Shown here in pieces: positions 56,950-64,000 of a stretch of DNA of 64,000 bases. This DNA is from Dictyostelium discoideum (taxonomy: Eukaryota). The DNA is taken from positions 4,128,001 through 4,192,000 of the forward strand of contig CM000152.2 of assembly GCA_000004695.1 (NCBI GenBank), written 5' to 3'. Below the pieces are notes generated by a model. It worked only from the letters and a program-made list of their open reading frames with translations. It had not been told where the DNA came from and searched no databases. Positions within the stretch are counted from its first letter, which is position 1. Each line of letters starts with the position of its first letter. A program made the position numbers and the translations under genes.

Positions 56950-57867
56950 TTATAACAATTTTATGAAATCAAAAGTTTGAACGTCATTAGTATTGGTGAT
57001 AGATTTGAAGGTGATAACAATGTTACCAGATTCGAATGACCATGACCAATGACCATTTAAGTTAGCATCGTGTTTAATAACGATTGTATGTTTTGAAGTT
57101 ACTTCTTGAACTGCTTCTAAAATCATTTCGTCTGCACAACGTTTTGAAAGATTGGCTGCTACTTTTTCAACGATACCAGCAAAGATATGACCGAAACTAT
57201 TCTTTAAATCGTCTGCGACTTTTGGATAAACAGACTCTAATGATGATTCATCGATTGACCAATCTGATGATGATTTTAATGCTTTTTTAACTGATGATAA
57301 ATTATCTTTCATTTTTTGTTCGTTTGTTTTAATATTTAAACGAGTCATTAATGAATAAACACCTTGAGTTGGAATAATTGTTTCTAATTTAAATGTGTTA
57401 ACATCATTTGTGTTACAAATCTTTGGACGGAATAAAATTTGACAATCACCATTTTCAAATTGATATTTCCAATATGATGATAACTTTTCATCAGCACAAA
57501 CAAAAACAAATTTTTTATTTGGAACTGCAGCTAAGAATGCTTCTTTGATTAAAGGATCTGCACCTACTTTAACCATGTTTTTAGCAAGATTACCAACAAC
57601 ATCTTTATAAAATATACTACCACAACTATTTGTAACCCAAGAATCATTACATTTTGCAATAATATCTTCGAAATCAAATTCAATTGCAAATGGCTCACCT
57701 AATGATTTTTCAATTAAGGCTAAATTTGTTTTTAAAGATTCTTCATTATCTTTTAATGATTTTCTATAATAAATTATAATATAAGTATAAATTAATATAT
57801 ATTTTTATTAATCTTTTTAATAACATTTAATTATAATAAAATACCTTGAAGTTAAAGAGAGTGGCAT
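56950..57867 (-). CDS. Copy 3 of the tandemly repeated 278-aa gene (variants: MPLSLT.., IIPTQ, TSKHT, NLNGHW)
   Basis: join(complement(56950..57763,57845..57867)). Confidence 0.7.
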
Positions 57868-58362
57868 TTTTAATTATTTTTTTAATTATTTTAAATAAAA
57901 AGAGTCACAAAAAAGAGTTTATTATTTATAATATGTTTTGATTGAATGGTTTGAAAAGAAAAAAATATTTTGTATTTATACAAAAAAAAAGAAAGTAAAA
58001 AAAAAACTTTAAAATAAAATTAGAAAAAAAAAAGATTGGATAATCAGAAATAAAAAAAAAAATAAAAATAAAAAAAAAACTAAGATATGTCAAAATAAAA
58101 AAATTAGAAAAAAAAAAGATTTTTTAAAATTTCTGATATATTCTTCCAAAATAAAAAAATATCTTTACTGGTTTTTTTTCATTTTATTTCTAAAAACTTA
58201 ATCTTTTTTTTTTCTAATTAAAACTATTATTATATTTATTATTATTTTTTTTTTAATATAAATAAACAAAATGTTTTATTGTTTCAAATCATTAAATCAA
58301 AACATAAAAAATAGTAAACACCTTTTTTTTAAAAAAAATAAACAAAAATAATTAATTTCAAA
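57868..58362. promoter_or_regulatory. 495-bp divergent intergenic region between head-to-head array copies 3 (-) and 4 (+)
   Basis: It contains two copies of the conserved ATGTTTTG..CAAAACAT element, one per strand (57933..57967 and 58261..58295). Confidence 0.35.
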
Positions 58363-59263
58363 ATGCCTCTCGCTTTAACATCAAGGTATATATTTTTTTT
58401 TTTTTTTTTTTTTTTTTAAATTGTTAATATTAATAAATTTTAATTATAGAAAATCATTAAAAGATAATGAAGAATCTTTAAAAACAAATTTAGCCTTAAT
58501 TGAAAAATCGTTAGGTGAGCCATTTGCAATTGAATTTGATTTCGAAGATATTATTGCAAAATGTAATGATTCTTGGGTTACAAATAGTTGTGGTAGTATA
58601 TTTTATAAAGATGTTGTTGGTAATCTTGCTAAAAACATGGTTAAAGTAGGTGCAGATCCATTAATCAAAGAAGCATTCTTAGCTGCAGTTCCAAATAAAA
58701 AATTTGTTTTTGTTTGTGCTGATGAAAAGTTATCATCATATTGGAAATATCAATTTGAAAATGGTGATTGTCAAATTTTGTTCCGTCCAAAGATATGTAA
58801 CACGAATGATGTTAACACATTTAAATTAGAAACAATTATTCCAACTCAAGGTGTTTATTCATTAATGACTCGTTTAAATATTAAAACAAACGAACAAAAA
58901 ATGAAAGATAATTTATCATCAGTTAAAAAAGCATTAAAATCATCATCAGATTGGTCAATCGATGAATCATCATTAGAATCTGTTTATCCAAAAGTTGCTG
59001 ACGATTTAAAGAATAGTTTCGGTCATATCTTCGCTGGTATCGTTGAAAAAGTAGCAGCAAATCTTTCAAAACGTTGTGCAGATGAAATGATTTTAGAAGC
59101 AGTTCAAGAAGTAACTTCAAATCATACTATCGTTATTAAACACGATGCTAATTTAAGTGGCTATTGGTCATGGTCATTCGAATCTGGTAACATTGTTATC
59201 ACCTTTAAATCAATCACCAATACAAATGATGTTCAAACCTTTGATTTCATTAAATTGTTATAA
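58363..59263 (+). CDS. Copy 4 of the repeated 278-aa gene, in inverted orientation
   Basis: join(58363..58385,58450..59263). Exon 1 is MPLALTS, with donor AG|GTATAT and acceptor attatAG. Exon 2 matches ORF 58421..59263 (IIPTQ variant). Confidence 0.75.
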
Positions 59264-59405
59264 ATAATAATTCAAAATAAAAATAAATAAACTCATTTAA
59301 AAACTAACTATTAATTTATTTAAATTATTTATATTATTTATTATTTTCTTTTTATTTTTTTTTATTTTTTTTTTTTTTATTTTTTTTTTTTTTTTTGTTA
59401 ATTTA

Positions 59406-59472
59406 TTAATTCTTTTTAAATTTATTATTAAAGTTACTGTATTTAACTGATTTTGATTTTAATTTATCAGTG

Positions 59473-59510
<38 letters not shown>

Positions 59511-61627
59511 TGAATGATCGATAGATAAAGATGATGATTTTGTTGAAATAAATAAAAGTTTAAAGATACCTAAATAAATTGGTACTAAACCAAATATGAA
59601 AAAAGGGAAGAATAAGAAACCCCAATTATTTGAAGCTAAAATTATACCAATGAATAAATTTTTCCAACCTATTGACCAAAGTGCCCACCATTCGAATACT
59701 AAAAACGTTGGATGAGAAACCAAACAAATGATCATCCAAATTAATTTGACAAGTTTTGATTTAACTTTATTTTCCAATATAAAAGTTGTAAAATGTAATG
59801 TTGGTAATGATAAAACAATAAATAAACATGTAAATTGGTTATTTAACATCATACCCATTAATCCCAATAATGCATAATCTATAAAAAAAAAAAAAAATTA
59901 ATAATAAATATATAAATTATTTATATATAAATAAAATAAAACTTACATAATAATAAAATTGTTTGGGTACCATACCAATCATTTTTATTAAAAGTTGGAA
60001 AAGATATTGATAAAATTTTAGTTATATATTTTGAAATTGGTGATAAAATGAAAAAGTAAAATGAAATACACGCTAAAAAAAAAGTGAAAGAAAAGAAAAT
60101 GATTTGATTCTCTATTGAATTTGTAATTGATAATGTTGAGAATAGATTATTTAAAAGCTGTGATGATTTATATAAATTTGCAGGTTGTAAATCATTAGTT
60201 GGAATTAAATTAAAACTTGATAAAAACCAAGGTAACAATAAAATAGTTGAACAAAATAAAAGTATTGATAGAAACCATGGTAAAGATAATAGAATTCTAA
60301 TTGTAATATTCTCAATTGAAATAGAAATCGATATCAATTGTAAGAAAATCCCAACACTAAATACAATCACTGGTAACAATGCTTGACCCAAATCAATGAA
60401 AAACACAGCACCCGCCATCATATACCATCTATAACTTTGATGTAATTGTTCATCTGCATTATGTAAATGTCTAATAACAGTCTCCATTATTTTCCCCAAA
60501 TTAAAAAATGTTGTATTACTTAATGGTTCTTCATTAAATCTTTATTTTTTAAATAAAATAATAAAAGTTAATAATATATTATTAATTTATTTATTATTAT
60601 TATTATTTATTTAATTAATTATTACCTTTTAATATTTTTATGAATTTTATGTAATGGTGTATTTAAGAAATCAATATCCCAAACATTATGAGAATGGTCA
60701 GTACTGACACCAACTGAATTGATACCATATTGAGTGAATATTGCATGATTTGAACGTGGTAATGATAAAGCGGAATTCCACATGAAAATTAATAAACCAT
60801 AGAGTGAACCTTCAACAGCTTCTTGATCCATATGAGTGTTTATACCAGCTGGTATATCATTTAAGAATGATGTAGTGGTGATTACATTTAATATATCTAA
60901 ATTTGATAAACCACCTTTTAAACCCTCTGGGTACACTAAAATTCTCTCCATATTTTTATTACCAACCCTATCAATTGCAATTGCACCATAAATTTGACCT
61001 GCTCTTAATAATGTTTTTGATGAATAATTATTTTCTAAAGAATTTCCTTTCTGTTGTTGTTGTTGTTGTTGTTGTTGATGATCACCACCACCAGCAGTCC
61101 AACCAACTGGTTTAACACTATAGTAATCATTTAACCAAACTGATATACCTGAAATATCCATTGATGTACCACCATTAATTTCACCACCTTCACTTGTGAA
61201 AACATATATTATATCTCTTGCTTGCCATGATGTATTCTTTAAATACTCTGAAAATCCAATTAAAAATCCAACTGATCCTGCACTATGCCATTGATCAAAT
61301 GATGTTGTCAATACAAAATTCTCTGTACCTAATGATCTAATTGCTTTTGATATACCAATTACATTTACTCCTATCCTATCTATTAATTAAAATAATAATA
61401 ATAAATTAATATATTGAATATATTATATATATATATATATATATATACAACCACAATAACAAATCTTACTAAATGATGAATTAAAAAAATATAATTGAGT
61501 TTCTAAACCCAATTGATCTAATTGATATTTTATCCAATTTGCGCTATTTAATGCCTCATTTGAACCTAATGACCTATTCGGGAACTATATACACATATAA
61601 GAAATAATATATTAATTATAATTTGTT

Positions 61628-61689
<62 letters not shown>

Positions 61690-61973
61690 CTGTTAATTAA
61701 AATAATAATTACCAGGGTTTTAAAATCGTTTGAATAATTTATACAAATATCTGCAAATTGATTAGATATAAATGGGCTAACTGTACATTGTAAATTCTTT
61801 TCTGATACATAAGTGTGTGAACCGAGAAAAGGAAGAAAGAAAATCAGAAATATTGATCCTAAATGAACTGTTATAGAAAGTATTGAAATAATCTTTAAAT
61901 TTTTGAAAAACGGATATAATATATTAAATGCTTGATATCCAACACTTTCAACTTCTGCTATCAATCCCTTCAT
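59406..61973 (-). CDS. gpaa1: GPI transamidase component GAA1 (GPAA1), about 731 aa
   Basis: join(complement(59406..59878,59947..60539,60626..61379,61470..61584,61713..61973)). The N-terminus is a TM segment followed by HTYVSEKNLQ (compare human TYMSENAMG). Further matches are WIKYQLDQLGLETQLYFF (compare [20 protein letters not shown]), SWQARDIIYVFT (compare WAKDIVFLVT), GAIAIDRVG..GGLSNLDILNVI and a polytopic C-terminal half. The five exons have GTAATT, GTAAGA, GTAATA and GTAAGT donors with closed phases. Confidence 0.85.
61622..61689. repeat. Poly(T) homopolymer of about 68 nt inside gpaa1 intron 1 (poly(A) on the coding strand)
   Basis: Direct reading. Confidence 0.95.
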
Positions 61974-63094
61974 TATATATATATGTTATTTATTTATTTG
62001 TAATTGGATTTTTTTTTTTTTTTTTTTTTTTTTGGGGGGATTTTACAACTTTTTTTATTACTTTAATTATTATTTTGTAAATAAAAAAAAAATAATAATA
62101 ATCCACTACTACTATTATTTATTTATTTGTTATTACTATTATTTTAACTTAATTTTTATTTTTATATTAATATTTGTGTTATTATTATAATTATTATTTT
62201 TATTTTTGCGTGTCCTTGATTATAATTTAACTATTTTGGTTAATCCCACTTGAAAATTTCAAAAAAAAAAAAAAAAAAAAAAAATAGTTGAACAAGACAA
62301 ATGAATTTTTTTTATTTTTTTTATTTTTTTTATTTTTTTCATTTTTTTTCTAATTTTAAACTCGAAAGAGTATCTTATCAAAAAATGAAATAAAAAATAA
62401 CTTTTTTTTTTTTTTTTTTTATTTTTTTTTTTTTGTCAAAATTTGCCCTAATTTGGGTCAAAAAATAACAAAGTTATAAATTTAATATCCCGGGAAAAAT
62501 TTTTTTTTTTTTTTTTTTTTTTTTTATAAATTATTATTTATTTTATTATTTTTAATATTTTTTTTATTTTCATTGATGATATATGTATATCATTTTTATT
62601 TTTTTTTTTTTTTATTTTTATTTTATCCATTAATTTGAAAACAGGAACTGTTTTTAAAATTTATTTTGGAAAAAAAAAAAAACTAAAAACAATTTTCTGG
62701 TAATATTACTTTCCCCTGGTGAAATCGAAAAAAAAAAAAAAAAAAAAAAATTTAAAAAAAAAAATTTTAAAAAAATAAAACATTTTTTTTTTTTTTTTTT
62801 CATTTTTAATTTATTTATTTTCACAGATACAATTTGGTATGTTATATACATATAATATATTTATATATATTATTATTTATTAATATTAATATTATAACAG
62901 CAATAATAAAACAAAAAAGTAATCAAAAACATTTATTAACATATTTAAATCTCTTTTTCCTCTCTATTTTTTTTTTTTATAATTTTTTAAATTTTTTTTT
63001 TTTTTTTTTTTCAAAATTTTTTTTTTTTTCTTTTTCATTTATATTTACACATAACACTCCATTAGTTTTTTTGTATATAATTTTATATTTAAAA

Positions 63095-63236
63095 ATGAAA
63101 GTTGTTTTATTTGTTTTAATGGCAATCATTGCCGTTTCATTTGCTGCCACTAATTTTGTTGATCATAGAAGTGGTCACATTGTTATCAAACCAACTGAAG
63201 TAAGTTTTCAATCATTATTTTTTCGAAATATGAAAC

Positions 63237-63267
<31 letters not shown>

Positions 63268-64000
63268 GTTATATTATTTACTAATACTTTTTTTTTAGTC
63301 ACAAAATTCAAAATTATTCTTAAAAGGTTCAGCTTTTGATAAAGTTTCACTTAAAAATATTAATGATGTTCAAGTTTCAAACATCATCACTCACGTTATG
63401 GGTCTCTTACCATTAAACAATGAAGAAGTTTCAGGTCTCCCAGCTGCTTCAATCTTTAACAAACCAAAATTAAATTTATTCTTTTCAGTTGAATCAGTTT
63501 CAAGTGGTAAGTTTAATTTTTATAATTATAATATGTAAATACATTTTTAAAAAGTATAACTAATTATTTTTATTTTTTAATTTTTTACAGATGATTTAGT
63601 AAACTCTAAAATTTTCAATTCAGAATCAATGATTTCAATTGAAAAAACTTTTACTCCACAAGATTTAATTTCTGAATTAACCACTATTGTTACTGGTGTT
63701 ACACCAAATGTTCATGGTATTGTTTCATCCAATTGGATCAATCCAACAACTGGTCATAAGGTTCATGCCTACGAAAAATCAACTCAATCATCAGCTGCCA
63801 ACATTGCTTACTTAGCCAATGCCAGTTTCAATGGTAAATCAATGATCATTTCATCATCTGCCGATAAGAAATCAGCTTCAGCCACTGGTATTCACACTGG
63901 TGTCTCAAGCCTCTACAAAGATGCTGATATCTATACCTACAGTGTTCGTCCATCTGGTTCAGTTTTACCAATTTTCGGTTCAAACGGTAACGATAAATTA
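63095..64000 (+). CDS. Secreted protein, unknown family. The 5' part comprises three exons and continues beyond the window.
   Basis: join(63095..63199,63299..63506,63591..>64000). The signal peptide is MKVVLFVLMAIIAVSFAATNF. Splice sites are GAA|GTAAGT, ttttAG, G|GTAAGT and ttacAG. The frame is open to the window end. Confidence 0.55.

Larger units (their letters stand above)
51327..59263. repeat. Tandem gene array. The repeat period is about 2.79-2.83 kb (51327 to 54117 to 56950). A fourth gene copy is inverted, and each unit holds a 1.3-kb internal inverted-repeat module.
   Basis: Three identical 208-aa ORFs on the minus strand at 51327, 54117 and 56950 and one on the plus strand at 58421 (ORF track). 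Flanks and intergenic elements are repeated with a few percent divergence. Confidence 0.9.

Noticed and set aside
51327-59263. Possibility that the array is a transposable element or a DIRS/LTR retroelement
   Set aside because: There are no terminal inverted or direct long repeats, no RT, integrase or transposase ORF, and no tRNA-adjacent context. The units contain ordinary spliced cellular-type genes.

Overview
This window is nuclear DNA of Dictyostelium discoideum type. It is about 78-80% AT and has short AT-rich GT..AG introns, poly-Asn/Gln coding microsatellites and long homopolymer runs. It is not prokaryotic, so no CRISPR, operon or IS calls apply. By hand-splicing the ORF track I reconstruct about 25 protein genes. 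In order they are: the 3' end of an unknown gene; an HSF heat-shock factor; the complete four-exon DNA-PKcs gene (4299 codons); proteasome alpha subunit PSMA4; Oxa1; a secreted clan GH-A glycoside hydrolase; the proteasome lid subunit RPN6/PSMD11; a CCCH zinc-finger poly-N protein; COA5/PET191; WDR20; TRMT6; TMEM208; a CLK/LAMMER kinase with a 589-codon Asn-rich first exon; a Kelch-like protein; a Topors-like RING E3 ligase; a (KE)n-repeat protein; a small membrane protein; GAA1/GPAA1; and the 5' part of a secreted protein running off the window end. The most unusual structure lies at 51.3-59.3 kb. It is a tandem array of four near-identical copies of a 278-codon two-exon gene, three on the minus strand and a fourth inverted head-to-head against the third. 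Between successive minus-strand copies sits a 1.3-kb module made of an inverted pair of tiny two-exon genes. Each small gene has a 10-nt first exon and encodes a 59-codon peptide beginning M-L-F-K-S-L-N-S-I. The pair flanks a 0.73-kb spacer, and the whole module lies in opposite orientation in the two consecutive units. That pattern suggests inversion isomerism mediated by the inverted repeats. Two further dispersed genes with the same micro-exon-1 layout and an M-T-L-[IL]-[KR] start (18807 and 31819) point to a small-protein family that ORF finders miss. I see no tRNA, rRNA or transposon.
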